From assembly GCA_043228905.1 (NCBI GenBank), contig JBHGNT010000072.1, positions 1 to 64,000 on the forward strand: 64,000 bases of DNA, given 5' to 3'. The notes beneath the pieces were generated by a model, which did no database searches, had not been told where the DNA came from, and worked only from the letters and a program-made list of their open reading frames with translations. Made by a program: the position numbers and the translations under genes. Of this stretch, positions 1 through 13,919 are shown one piece after another. The first letter of the stretch is position 1, and every line of letters starts with the position of its first letter. This stretch comes from Azolla caroliniana. Taxonomy: Eukaryota > Plantae > Polypodiophyta.

Positions 1-4
1 CCTC

Positions 5-280
5 ATGGCATCTCTTAAGATATGGCCCTTCATTTATACAGTCCTTTGGGTGTTGTTTTTGTTGTCTGTTGTATATGCAAACAAGGAAATCGAGTCGGAC
101 ACAAGCGTGGAAACGTCCAAGTGGTATACCCACCATCAACATGGTGCATGGCCAAAGAAGGGTGGCTATAACCATGACCATCATGAACACCACCATGGAG
201 GGTGGTCTTATAGGAAAGGTGGTTATCACCATGGTCATGATGGTCATGATGGTCATGATGGACATAGTGGACACCCCTAG
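5..280 (+). CDS. Small secreted His/Gly-rich protein (GRP/shepherin-like), 91 aa
   Basis: Intact ORF with an N-terminal hydrophobic signal peptide (MASLKIWPFIYTVLWVLFLLSVVYA), a short acidic spacer, then two W-x2/3-KGGY-x-H units and (GHD)3. About 16 His in the last ~50 aa. Upstream context lies outside the window. Confidence 0.7.
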   Translation: MASLKIWPFIYTVLWVLFLLSVVYANKEIESDTSVETSKWYTHHQHGAWPKKGGYNHDHHEHHHGGWSYRKGGYHHGHDGHDGHDGHSGHP

Positions 281-420
281 TGTTTGGATCAACAAAGGCT
301 TTTCTACGGCTTTTTCTTAAATAATGTAAAATAATTATGCCGTTTTATTAAGATGTTGATGTTATGCTTGCTTTCATTATCTCACAACCTAATATGTTAT
401 TAATATGATTCCATTTGAGC

Positions 421-422
<2 letters not shown>

Positions 423-507
<85 letters not shown>
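423..507. repeat. Compound (GT)n(GA)n microsatellite
   Basis: Directly visible. Confidence 0.95.
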
Positions 508-1390
508 GTAACACACATCCAATCCCTTTATTTCATTGCTAATCTTGTTTAAAATGTTGTGAAAACGTGACATTTGTGTTTCAAGGAGAATGTTGATACT
601 TATCCACTCTCGCAAGGATGCTTAAATGATATGATACCATGATGCGTGTGTTGTGCTTCCATTGATTGTTGCTATAGGTGGCGCTATGTCTTGTTAGGAA
701 TCATCACACCACGATCTTAGAGATTAAACTATTTGTTAACATGCAATCCTCCACCTTGAGGTAACATTAAGATATAATACTAACATTCAATGTTAGGATA
801 TTCATGACTCATGAGTTAATTGTTATTCAGTGATATCGAGACCACAACAAATGATGCGCATCATGAAACTTCATAATTTAGTATGTCAAACATCTCTTAC
901 CCATCAATGATATAATACTAACCACCTTAAAATGTGTTCGGGAATTACACTTATTTAATGGGTGGTTAAAGAGAATGGCACCATCAGTCCTATTCCAATC
1001 ACAATTATTTGCAACCATAATGTTTTGATGTTTCCAATTGAATATATTCCAAATCTTTGATCAGTTTGGTATTCATTCTTTACTACTAGCATTAACTTTA
1101 TAACAATAAACCAAACTCCCAATTCAATATTGAGAATATGCTTTTATCACGAATGGGGGTATATGCAAAAAATTTGCGTATCTTGAGTAATACAACCAAA
1201 AGACCTCTGGTGATGCCTTGATAAAAAAATTAACAATTAATCGGGATTCAGGATCTCCACAAACACATTATTCTGACTTCTCGAAAGGAGAAGCTATAAA
1301 ATCTTTATGTCGGGATGTATTGCATTCATACAAAATTACTAAACTTCTTCACTTATTAATATCTTCCAATATCGACATTGTGCAGCACGA

Positions 1391-4300
1391 TCAACTGATT
1401 GTACACAGCCCACAGCACCCCAAACACTTTGTTGCAGGATAGTCTTTCAAATAAACCTCTCGACTCAAACCGATAATATAGAACATAAAAGACCTGTTCC
1501 CCTTGCCCATAACAACTCTAGTCACGGGCACAAGGCTGATCCGATGCCTTTCGCAGATAACTCTGGCAGCGGGTGGAATGGGAACACGCTCCGATATTAT
1601 CGATGATGAAAAGCTTCCAAGACTTGGTGAATTTGGGAAATATGCAGGTTCACACTTGTAACTTTGGCTTTGATATAGCTCGGCTCCTTTGGCTCTATGG
1701 AAAACATCGTCAGGGACCGAGGTTGCATTCTTCGTGGCACTAACCCGCTTATGGAGTATCGTTCTCCTTCAATTCCAAAACAATACGATTAGACATGAAG
1801 AACAAAAAAAACACAGCAAATAGAACGTATGGCAAAAAGCAAAAACAAAGAATATAGCACAAGTTCTCACCATCTGACCACGAGGATCTTGCGATGAAGT
1901 AAGGCACCTTCTCCACGACACTGTTCACATCTAATAAGACCTCGTGAAGTGCATGCTGGACATGCAAGTTTGCCCTCCCCTCGACAGTTCTTACAACTAT
2001 CACAAATGATGGAAAAAAGAAACCATATAAACATGCATTTGATTTTTTTTAAAACCATATAAAAAGAACCACGCATTTGATCATTATGTTGTATGAAATG
2101 TTAAAAGGAGACTGAAATGAGAGAGTTATATATAAATGACCTACATGGTATCAGAACCATCCAGGTGTGCGATAAGACCCCTTCCACGGCAAAATGAGCA
2201 GACAGTCATCAATCCGGCTACGTATTTTCCTGGCTCAGGGTTTGGATTGCATTTAGGACAAGGAAGTTCACCTCGCCCCACGCAACCTAGTAGGAATATT
2301 TAAAAATGGCTTTTAGAAATATACATTATGGTCATCACACTTTGAACTGGTTACAAACTCTTGTCACAATTATGCGCTAAACACTAGTCCCTGTATTATT
2401 ATTAACAGATGGCAGTTTATAGTGCTAAAGGAATAACAGAACCTAAAAGGATTAGATAAGCACAGTGTGAACTGGTTACAAACTCTTGTCACAATTATGC
2501 GCTAAACACTAGTCCCTGTATTATTATTAACAGATGGCAGTTTATAGTGCTAAAGGAATAACAGAACCTAAAAGGATTAGATAAGCACGGCCTCATAGTC
2601 TAGCATTAAGTTTTCCATTTTATTTACTACTAGTGATAAACCAACCTTAATATGATTTAAAAGGTCACAAACAGACATCAAACAACACGCATACATCCTG
2701 TGTGCCTTTAGTTTTTGGGAGGCAAGCTTTAAATCATAATCATATCATGTCTTTCATTGTTCGCATACAACATCTTTAGGACTTTAAGAGAAAGTAAATA
2801 CATATCTTCATTCATACATCTCTGGATGACACTCATTGACACTAACTACATCTTTCTCTTTCTAAGAGAAAAATGGAGGAGGTTTAAGGCAAGGAGAAAT
2901 AGTACCTGGACATTTCTCCACAACTTCTGAGTGTGGAAGTTTCCTTCGAGCCTCTTTTCTCGAAACAAAGAGGAGCGGAAACTCCTCTTTCATATCCACT
3001 TCCCACGCGCCTAGCATTCTCCCACCATTTTTACTATCAATCCCTCCTCCACCATAGGGCTCAACCTCATCAACTACATCTCTTTCTTCAATAAATGTCT
3101 CTAATGTACCAATATATGAGTTGCAATCCTCTATTTTCTGGATGTTCCATGTCCTGGCAGGTGACCTACCCCAACAGCAATGATGGCCAACATGGTCTAT
3201 CAGCAACTCCCTTACTTCTCCTTCTTCTAAGACCTGGAATCTTAAGACACAAAACAAGTTGCGTTAAAATATGAAGCTCCAAAATATATGAGAATATTGC
3301 ATTTGGGTCTTGTCGAAGAGTGACAAGAAAATTTGCATTGTATAAAAGTGACATGAAATTTGCATTAGATTTTTGTAAAAGCGACAAAAAAATTTACTAT
3401 AGAGTTTGGAAATGAGAAGAACCTTGCGTGCTCCTCATCATGAAGTTGTGGTACAGGAATACTTGGAGTTGTGAGTGTCTGCGTGGTTCCTATAAATAAC
3501 GAAAATCATTTTACAATTTCAGACACTGAGCATCAGAATGGTCCATATGACATAAATCGACGATAATGCATGTGGTATGTCATAGATAAATTGATGCATG
3601 ATGTCCTACACCTAATCATGTGATTCCTGATGGCCTATTTGAATATAACTTAATCATACCTCAGTCTTGATATATTTTTGCCTTTTTCTAGTAATCCCAG
3701 ATGTTATGCATGCGTATGAATCAATGCATCAAGATACTGGATCTCTCCTAATTTCATATAATTATTGCTACATGTTACCACACTGCTACATCATCTTGCA
3801 TAACATCTAAAATCTCTTCATTCGCACTCGGATTGATGGCAGAGGTACTTGTCCCACATCAACATGGCTACAATCAATATCACAACCTACAACAACTGAC
3901 TACCATTCTCATCCATCGCCATAATCAGCATCGTAGCTCGACATACCTGACGCATTGTAGGAAAACTCTAGCCATTTTGAATCATGGCAAGGTGTAACTT
4001 CTGTACTCCCATCTTCCTAACTCTTCCACCGCTTCCAAAGTGCTCTGCAACTCTCTTACTACCAAAGCTACTATAATCCGATTCCCCAGTAACACAACTA
4101 TTCACAAATCAGCACTACCACTTTATGCATCATGAATTATAATCTTTCTCTTCTTCATAGAACTCACAAAAAATTTCCGCAGGTCTAGAGGCATAGATAA
4201 ACCTGCTTTGATTTTTCACCTTCCTTTCTTGATGAAAATCTTCTCCACTTCTTCCTCTATCGACAGGGGATGCTTCAACTTAAAACTTCATCTGCATCCA

Positions 4301-7300
4301 TCAATCCAACTTCTACATTAAAATCTGCATCTCCATTACTTAAACATATTTTCCTGCTTGAAATAGTATCTAGTAAATTCCCCTGCCTTCTCCCAACGAT
4401 TCCAAATATAAACAAATCTTACCAAAAAATCAATAACCATTTCCTGATTATGCATAGAAAAACCTTCATCTACTTCTAAGAATCCATGTAAGGCAACAAG
4501 AATTGCTTCATAATATCACTCTTAAACAACACCCACTCCTCTTTCGGTAGCTCAATCAAACCATTCTCAAGTTTATATGCATTGCTCATCAACCATAAAA
4601 ACTGTGCCCTCTTTCGAGATAAACACGTGTCTTCATTTTTTCTCCCCTCTAAAGTAGCCATTCTCTTGAGTATAAACACCAAATGGAATCCTTGCTGAGA
4701 GTATGCATGCAGAATTTGTAGATCCATGGTGTCCCATTAAATTTTTGAAGGCCATAAAACCTTTACATAAGAAAGGTATTATAGGTACAATCTTTATTAC
4801 GAGACTTGGAGAATCCATAAAACCTTTACATAAGAAAGGTATTATAGGTACAATCTTTATTAAAGGCTCATAAAGTTTTACAACACCGACCAGCACATAA
4901 GCTGCCGCACAAAGTTGTGGCCAAGCTTCCTTGACTATGAGCATGGAAATGTCGTTACCTTGCATCAAAAAGATCATGATGCCATTATCGTCTATCTGAA
5001 GGACACATTACACTGGAGTCTTTTGAAAGTCGACATACATGCAGATAACTTGCACAAGTCAGTTGGTGGTGTTCATGAGATGAACAAATTGGGGAATCCA
5101 ACTCGAATTTTGCTGGGTGCCAAATACGAGACTACCCTTTCGTGTTTTAATTAATTTTCAACATCACTCCTATAATTAAGCCCATTTGGACCTTTGCCCT
5201 ACTCTCTCTTGCAATGAAGACATCGACAGTCAAACCAGATCTATGTGATTGTATAATACCGTTTTACCAAAACCCCTTCCCCTGTCAACCGTTTTACCAA
5301 ACCTAAAGAAAACCTATCATCCGCTTCAAGAGCTTAGAACCTCCAACATGTGAACGAGATCAATATGCATCCTCCTAATTTGAACAATTTAGTCCACAAC
5401 AAGGAGATCTCATGGTCACAAGCTCAGATCTTGGTCATACACCCCCCTCTGAGCATATAGATATGGGTCCAACAAAATTCTTTCATATCTTTAGAGACCC
5501 TTTCAACTTGTGGATGCTGGGGCCCTTGGAAGTTGGCATGGCAGTGAAATCTTGTAGATGAAATGTCTCTTGCCTTCGATGTTGTGTTTTTCCCAAATTT
5601 ATCTTTTACTATGTTGGCTGATAGGCACCTAAGATCAACAAAGACATGCAAGTCTATCTCTTCCCAATTCGTACCCAAACATTGAAGATGATGAGGTTTG
5701 TTGGTAGAGATTGATCAGGCAATCCCAAGCACCAATTCTATAATCACGATGGTTTATCTTGATGGAGTGCTGCAACACCATTGATTGGACAAACACAAAA
5801 CATAAAATTCCTAGAGATAGGCCAACCACAATATAGTCTGGGCATGCTACGGACAGGAAATCCATGGAATATGAAATATAAAAAGGCACCCTTGGAGCAC
5901 CGAGTATTGTTTGTTATTACTCTCCATGTGTTCTTGATATGGGCATTTCCCTCTATGATGATAATGGATATATAGCTTTAATACCTTTATTTTTGTGCAA
6001 GATGGATATATAAAATTTCATCAATCTCATGCATAAAACGCAACCAATCACAACTTAATATAATTAGGAGAGATCCTTCTAGTATGAACCAATCCTGGCG
6101 TCAATACATTGCTTCTTGTTCTTTCTAGATTTTCCTCCAAGAACACTTCTGTTTTGCAAGATAGATACACAAAATATAATCCAACAAATTTACAGAATAT
6201 GATCAATCATATGCATAAAATATAATTAATCACATAATTAATGTGATTCAGAGAGATCCCCCTAGTATGGGCCAATCTCACTTTTTGTCTCTAGATTCCT
6301 TCCAATACGCACTTAGTAAGAATTTTTGGTGCAAGATAGATGCATAGAAGCTAATAAAACACATGGATAAAATATTATCAACCACATTTATCAAATATAA
6401 CCTATCATATGTTTTAGAGGAGGTTATTTTTACCATGGACGCCTCCTGGTGCTGCCTCTGGCTCTTCAGGAGTAATAAGAGCTCCATAGATCCACACTGG
6501 GTAAGGATCTGTCGATGCGGCGGCTCGGATCTCATCGCCACTCACTGCAGTGGTGGCTTCCACAGCAACAAGTTTTCGGAGAGAGTTTCTTACATATTCA
6601 TCTTGAGCCCATTCAGAGAGCTTTCCTTCCTTCTCCACTACATAATAATTAATAAAAATGTGTTCTTCAAACATATAACAAACAATATTCCAAGATGCTT
6701 TGATGGATTTGATACGGTCTCTCCACTACATAATAACAACATACAGGGGTCGTCCAATATATACCAACAAAATTTCTATCAATAATTTACAACTTTACCA
6801 CATGGAATTTATAGTGGTTCTCCACTACATAATAATTAATGCACATGGAATGCTCAGATATATAACAACAATTTTCCATCAAAATTTCCAAATTTTTTGA
6901 TGGATTTGATAGAATTTCTCCAACAAGGGATAATCAATGCACACTAGTTCTTCAAATATATCTAACACATTTCTGTCAAAAACATCTGAAGCTTTTTCTG
7001 TGCATTTGATAGAATATCTCTACCACACGATAATCAATACACATGGGTTCTTCAAACATATTTAGCATACATTTCCATCAAATTTCCAGGTTTTTTCTGT
7101 GAATTTAATAGGATTTCTATGCCATGTATTAATCAAATTTGTAGTCGGAATTTCATGGATTTTATAGTGTTCCCATCGATTCAATGGGCACATTGAAATT
7201 TCCATAGAATATATCCATGAAATTCCCTATTTATCCATAGATGCGATACTTCTTTTCTAATTTGAAGAAAGTTTCCATCAAATTTCCCCCAAAAACTTAG

Positions 7301-7574
7301 CATTCTTGTTTTTATCTCGAATGAATTTCGCAACAAAAGGTCCACTTCCATGGATTAGATAGAAGGTTTTCGTTTTCCTCTTTAACTTGAATAATGGATT
7401 TTGCTTGTCTTCCATGGATTATTTACCATGCTGCTTTCTTTTTTCTATTCTATTTTGTTTTGTTTTGATTTTTTTTTTGGGTTTTTTACCTGAAGCTGGA
7501 AGCGCTCGCAAATCTGCAAAGAGGGGAGCAGAAGGAGAGGAGGATAAGAGGGGCTGCCTATGATCATCAGCCAT
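1391..7574 (-). CDS. SSUH2-like protein with DnaJ-type CxxCxGxG zinc-finger repeats, ~444 aa, 7 exons
   Basis: Exons 7574-7490, 6637-6434, 3489-3423, 3240-2906, 2286-2145, 1996-1871, 1766-1391 join with GT-AG borders and matching phases (1335 nt). Motifs include HCCWGRSPA, CPGCVGRGELPCPKC, CSFCRGRG, CKNCRGEG, CEQCRGEG, and a C-terminal YPATKCFGCCGLCTIS*, as in SSUH2 family members. Confidence 0.88.
2343..2588. repeat. Perfect 121-bp tandem duplication (period 125) in an SSUH2-like intron
   Basis: 2343-2463 equals 2468-2588. Confidence 0.9.
4752..4862. repeat. 48-bp direct repeat (period 63)
   Basis: ccataaaacctttacataagaaaggtattataggtacaatctttatta at 4752 and 4815. Confidence 0.85.
6631..7140. 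repeat. Diverged ~90-100-bp tandem repeat (5-6 units) in intron 1, overlapping the exon-2 acceptor
   Basis: Recurring (t)tctccactacataata...ttcttcaaacatat...atggatttgata units starting near 6631, 6720, 6818, 6917, 7017, 7115. Confidence 0.75.
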
Positions 7575-10500
7575 GGGTGCAAAAAAAGCCCTTGAAAAAG
7601 CTTCCTTCTGTCCTGGGTCTCCTCTACACAAGCTCTGATAAATAATAGTCTCACATATGATTTTCACAGAGAGAGAGAGAGAGAGAGAGATGAAAATATA
7701 TCATATGTTCACCATTGAATGCATTTGGTGGCCCTTTTCTTTTTCATTCTCTGTATTTTTTTTTTAACTCTTTCAAGTGGGATGGCCATGGGGCCCCTGC
7801 TCCTGCTCCTAGTCCTGGCCCTGGCCCGGCTCTGTCCTGCTAATCGATGGCTTTGTCATGTCTTCCGAAGGAAGGAATCGGATGGCCGGCAATACTCACA
7901 TCTCATGCCAATCACTCACTCCACCGAACCCAACCCTATCTTTCCCGACCACGGGGCTTGGAACCAGTCGATCCGGCACCACCTATCTGTAGAACCCACC
8001 ACACCCTATCATGCATGACCCTGGGACTTAGAGCTAGTCAATCTGGGGACACCTGTCTGTAGTGTGTGGGTGCAGTAGTCGGTATCTTTCACGGTCAAGG
8101 ATCTCGTGTTCCACACCACAGAACGCCCACATCCCATAGGAACCCCCCCCCCCCCCCCCCCCAAAGTCATGTGTGATAGTTATTGGTGTCATACCATTAA
8201 TGGTCTTCCGAATGGTGGAAAGGGTATGAGTAAAAATTGTTTTTCTCCTCTTCGGTAAATCTTGGTCAACCCACCTACGGTCGGCCTTGCTTTATCCGTA
8301 ATACACACATGGGTTTTTTGATAGATCCACTTTATTCACATGTTTCATGGGAGTGGGGTATACAATTCCACGTCCAATGTCCATTTGTCTCATTTGTTGG
8401 AGTAATCCTTCTACACACTGAATCGAAATTTAGTGAAGGAAATGTGCATTAGCATAGGCAACTCTTTTTATATACCCAAACCATAGGACATGTATGTGTT
8501 TATGGGGGCATAGAAATAGTTGCTCATTTGCTAATTGGGCCTCTACCTAACCTTAAATTGAGTCCTAATGCATTGTTCTACGTGTAATAACATACCATGC
8601 ATATATGTTGTCTCGTAATGATGCCCAATATCTCCAAGTTTTTCTCATATGTATTTATGCAAGTGATGTATGTGTGAGTGTGTGAGCACACACACGTGCA
8701 CACATTATAATTTAGTATCATGTGTCACCAAAATATCACTACTTGTACATAAAGTAATATATCGCCTCACTACATTCTAGTGTTGATTGATAATTGAATG
8801 AATGATCTAATGAGGTTGAATACATCCAAACAATTCTTAGTTTGACCTTAATGAGGTGACACAAGAATCCATTTAACTAAAAGAATTATTACTTTACTTT
8901 TAATAAGGAGGCATACAAGCTTATCTAACTAATGAGGTAGATTCATCAAAACAATTATTAGCAATGAGGTAAAATTCATCAAAATAATTGTTAGTTTGCT
9001 CCTAATATGGAGTCCATCTACAATCGTGTGTCAAACACCAAAAACATTGAAGTAACATAATGGCACACCTAGTTATCACTCGAAGTAATAATGAGTGCAC
9101 AAAATTCAATCTATAAAAAGCATGTTCACACTCGACAACATAGAAATCATTAGTGGTTATGCACAAAATATTAATGTTAGATTGTTACACATTTGATAGC
9201 AAGCATTCCATGTAATGAACATACATGCAAATCAAACAAACAAAAGATGTTGAGTTCTAATTGCCAAATTTCATGTGAAACTTCTATATGTTTTTCAAGC
9301 AAATGAAACCGAAGTACATAGTATGCAATATTATTAGTAGCATATTTTAACAATGTGACATTAGCATTGAAATTTGAAGGCCTAGTTCCAAACCCTGTTT
9401 AATTGTAAATGTAAATATTTAATGACGCGTGCAAGAACTTTTTTACATGTAAAAAATATTGAAACAAATTTAAATATGCCTTATTTTGAACTCACACCAT
9501 GATTGTTACACATCATACAACATAAACATCTAACATAAAGATAGTTTACAAAGCAAGGCTCCCATTTATAGTCATCTCAAAGCTTAAGGGGGTTTGCTAG
9601 TGGTGGTAGCATAAAATTGTGATCTTTGCACCAAGATATTGTAGATGTATTTGCATTCTAACTGAGATTGTATCTAGAATATGATTAAGGCCTAATTTAT
9701 TGTAAATGTAATTGCACACTACTATAAATATAGAATGAGGGGAGGTAAGAAATTGCAAACTAATTTATAATAACCTTGAGTAAGATTCTAGTGTATACTA
9801 ACTTAGCCCATAACCATGTCATTACATGTTTAAAGCACAATGAGAAATCATTGCATTAACAAATCATATACGAAGCTTCCATGTCACCATAACCATACTT
9901 ATAAATTTCATCAATTACTATATGTTCACTAAGTTGCATCATTGAATCTCCAAGCCTTCACATATATAAACATAAACCTCTAGTGGCAGAACTTGTCAAG
10001 TCTTCATAGTCATAGTTTGCAAAAATGCATGATTATTGTTTTGCTCCAGAAAAAAGCTTTACAACATTGAAATCCACACATTTCCAACATACAAATCGAA
10101 TGGTATAAGATGTCCATTATACTCTACTCTTGACCAGAATCTTTAAGAGCATACCTGTCACCCTTCTTCCAATGCACAATAAAAACCATCAACAATTACA
10201 CAATGTCTGAAAGATCAACTACAAGAGCTAGTACAATTTCTGAAAAGGCAATTTTCATTATAGTTAAAATCCACATGTAATTAATGATAACTAAACTATT
10301 ATCCAAATTCTTCAAACACATACCTATGGTACATAAATTTGTGGCATTAACTTTTAATCTGGTATAATAGCACACGTCCATTGATTTTTTGTTATACAAG
10401 AGAAAATTATCTCAAGCATGGGCCAATCATGAGTCCATGAATCAACATGCAGTTATATAACATGTGCATATGATCAAGGTGACAATGCCATAGCCAAACT

Positions 10501-10668
10501 TCTCCAAAACATCCAACCAGTCTCTAAACACCGACGGTTTAACCCCAATGCTCAAGTGTCTTTAAGACGGGAGATATTTGACCATTCATGATCAAACAAA
10601 TCACTTCATCATATTTGGTTGTATGTCAAATGTTCCAAACACTTCAACGGTGTCCCAACTATGCATTT

Positions 10669-13600
10669 TCACCAATTCAATTCAATGGCAAGCTTCCGTA
10701 GATCTCGGACTTGCTTGATTGCATGCTCTTTCTGTTGCTGAGATAAACGAATAGCCACAGATTGAGGGTCGAGACCTTCCGGAATTTGGACTTCGGAATG
10801 CACTTGAACTATCTCAGCTAGAAATGCATCAACTTCTTGGACAAAATCTAGACGAAGAAGAATATCATCCTCGGGCATATCTATCGGGCCTTGATGCTGT
10901 TGAGTCAAATCCAGAACTGAATATCAATCAGTATGCAAACACCATCAAAAACTTCCATTTTGTTTTCATTTCCCTCAAAATATTGGTTGGATCCACAATA
11001 TTCACAAGTTAGAGCCATATGTGGTCCATAAAAGAAATGCAATCAGCCATACATGTGGAAAAGAAAAATGAAGCAAGTGATTACAAGTTAAAACATTAAC
11101 AATGCTTATCATGCACAGTATGGTATCTTGAGAGATTCTAGAGTTAATATAAATTTTATTTTGATGGGATTTTCAATCACATTATGTTCAACATACAAAC
11201 ATCCATTAGATTGGATATTTGAGGTATGGAAACCAACCCTTTTCACCCTGCAGATTTTGTAATACTCCCTCCTCTTATATTGTAGCTTCATGTTGTTCTA
11301 GCATCAATAGATTATTATAATCTTGTTTCACTTAGTCTCGTTGTTATAAGTATTAATCTTTTCATAGTCCCATCCCTAACATTTTATCTTCCAAAGCTAT
11401 GCAAGAATATGTCACAATCAATTTCTAGAGACTTACCGATTGAAGGTCAACTCCTGGGGGTGCTAGAACAGTGAACGCATCTTCAGGAGGGAAAGTCTTG
11501 ACCATGGCTTGGCGACAATGTCGAATCCATTCATCATAGCTTAAACCATCATTTAAGTTAAGAAGCTCATCCAAGAATTGCATGGCAGGACTTGCCTCTC
11601 GCCTCATCATTTCTGCCTAGCATGGTAATAAAAACCACAAATACTTTATTGCATTTCAGGTTTTCACAATTTGTTACATATTGCTTGCAAATTGCAAATG
11701 TAAAACCACCATAACAAAGCAGTCACTTCATACACATTATATATAAAACATGATTATTGTATAATACAATATCATTTTGCCTCATGATGTATTCTAACAG
11801 ACATATTATAATAACTACTGGGGCTGCTATCAAGCCTTGAAATCACAAGAGAAGACCCTTCATGGACAAACTTTTAGATAAATAATAAGTTTGGAACAAG
11901 AAACTAGAGAAACAAAAACACATGTAATTGTGAATACCTCAATACGCCTAAAGAGTAAATCAAGTGCTTGAATAACATGCCGTTCATCCTGATAGGAAAC
12001 AATAATCATGGAGACCAAGGATACCAAATCAACATTAAATGAAGTAATAAAAGAAACATTATGGTATTATTTCAATATGTATGTATATGCAACCATTTGT
12101 CCTTGGTTGATCATTCAATTAACTATCAATTTACGAAAGGAATGTATACACTATTATAAACATTACATCATGTCGGGCAAGCTCCATCCGATTTTGTATC
12201 ACCAAGAGCACTAGTGCTGAGAGCTTTCCTTCTTCGGCAGCTTCTTTTATCCTCTGTTTCATTACTCAAAATTATGTAACTTCTAACAAATTCTCACTGA
12301 ACCTAAAGAGATTCCATAACTTCAATACTTGTGTGTCAGCCAAGCACAGGGTCCTACCAATCTAAAGTTATAAGAAAAAATTTGTTATTTTTCTATACAA
12401 ACTAAAGATAGAGAACAAATGTTTCTTACCTCTTCTATTTCTTCCCCAGCTCTAATGAAGCTTGCAACAAGTGCTTTTGCTTCTTTAACTTCTTCTTCAG
12501 CAAAACCTTCCAATCTTTTGCTTATCTCTCGATAACTTTCTGTTTTATCTTCTTCTTCCTGATCTTCAAGCTCCCGTCTCTTCTTCAACTCTTCAGTTTC
12601 TTTTCGCCGCTCTCTTTGCCACTCCTGCACTACAACAGACACATAACTGTTCATAATTTCCTTCAAATAAAAACAAATGTAAAGTGAGATTTTATCAAAT
12701 TAAAACACAGAAGAAAACTCAACTTATCTCTGGTTGGGTTTTCATTATCTCCCCAAATGCCCTAGTTCACATCTCTCTTAAACAACTATATGGTTGATTT
12801 ATTTTTCTTTTTGTCAGTTATATCTGCTACTTGAACAAATTACGTTGTCAGTTCATTCACTTTTCCTCTCTTTCAGGGGTTGACCAGGGGCCTCTAGGAA
12901 TAGCAAAATGTAGAGGCAATCTAAGGAAACAAGGAACGCTTGCAGTATTTTGGTGCAATATGATCCTCTCTTTTATATTTTCAAATAATACTCCCAAACA
13001 AAATCTAATGAGACGTTAATAAGTACATCTTGTATCTACTAATAGATTATGAATAGAAAAAACAATGCAAATTAGAAGTATTTCAGAAAGATATCAATTT
13101 CACGAGCATAAAACACAAAAAAACAGCCATATTTAAAAGTCAAAGCAGCTGTGGAACATGAAAAGGCATCATCTGATATTCATATTTTGTCCTTTAAAAA
13201 GAATCATTACTACGTACATGGATTCCCATGTTTTTTTCCATATATACAACATAGTCCAACAAGCATTTCAAGGAATTTGAATTTTGTACGATCAAATTTT
13301 CCACTGTAAAAGCACAAAACTATATAGCCAGAATAGTTTATATTAAAGAATACAGAGCCTTGTGACACAAAAGAACAAAGGAATTCAACAATAAGTTTTT
13401 TGTTAACAAATGTATTCCTCCATCATTTTTCCTCCTTCGATAAACTCATATTTCATGTCTCCTTTGTATATATTCAGCAGAAAAGGAGGTTGTAAATACA
13501 TGATATACAACTTCCACTAAATCAATTTCCTAATCAAAGACAACAGGCGAATCACAGAAAAAATATTCATTTTAACATAAAAATAGCTAAGAGAAATTTG

Positions 13601-13843
13601 TACAATGTCTATCCAGAATGCATTTGTTAATTTGAATAAAGTCTAAACCTCTACCTCATCATCTATATTGGGATGCAATCCTCCAAGTGGTGCAGTTGAG
13701 ACCTCATTTGGGGATGTAAAGCATTTAAGCTTGTTATTCCCATGAGAGCAAAAAGCAAGGCGTCTACTGACAAATCCGATGAGAATGGGAATGAAAGGTT
13801 TCTGACATAATGTGAAAGTATGGTAGCGGACAAGAGACTCCAT
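10669..13843 (-). CDS. PAC: PALE CRESS, chloroplast RNA/ribosome maturation protein, ~309 aa, 6 coding exons
   Basis: Exons 13843-13655, 12624-12430, 12253-12167, 11988-11938, 11616-11437, 10896-10669, all phase 0 and GT-AG. The translation (EWQRERRKETEEL...SFIRAGEEIEERIKEAAEEG...ALDLLFRRIE...ASPAMQFLDELLNL...HQG...LLRLDFVQEVDA...GLDP...LAIELNW*) is colinear with Arabidopsis PAC as I recall it. The N-terminus looks like a transit peptide. A 5' non-coding exon probably ends at ~14481; an alternative donor at 13649 is possible. Confidence 0.92.
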
Positions 13844-13919
13844 ATGCTCTGATTCAAAATCACAAAAATACTCCAATTAAAAACGTTAAGAGTACTTAAA
13901 TCTATGTGCACATGAACAA

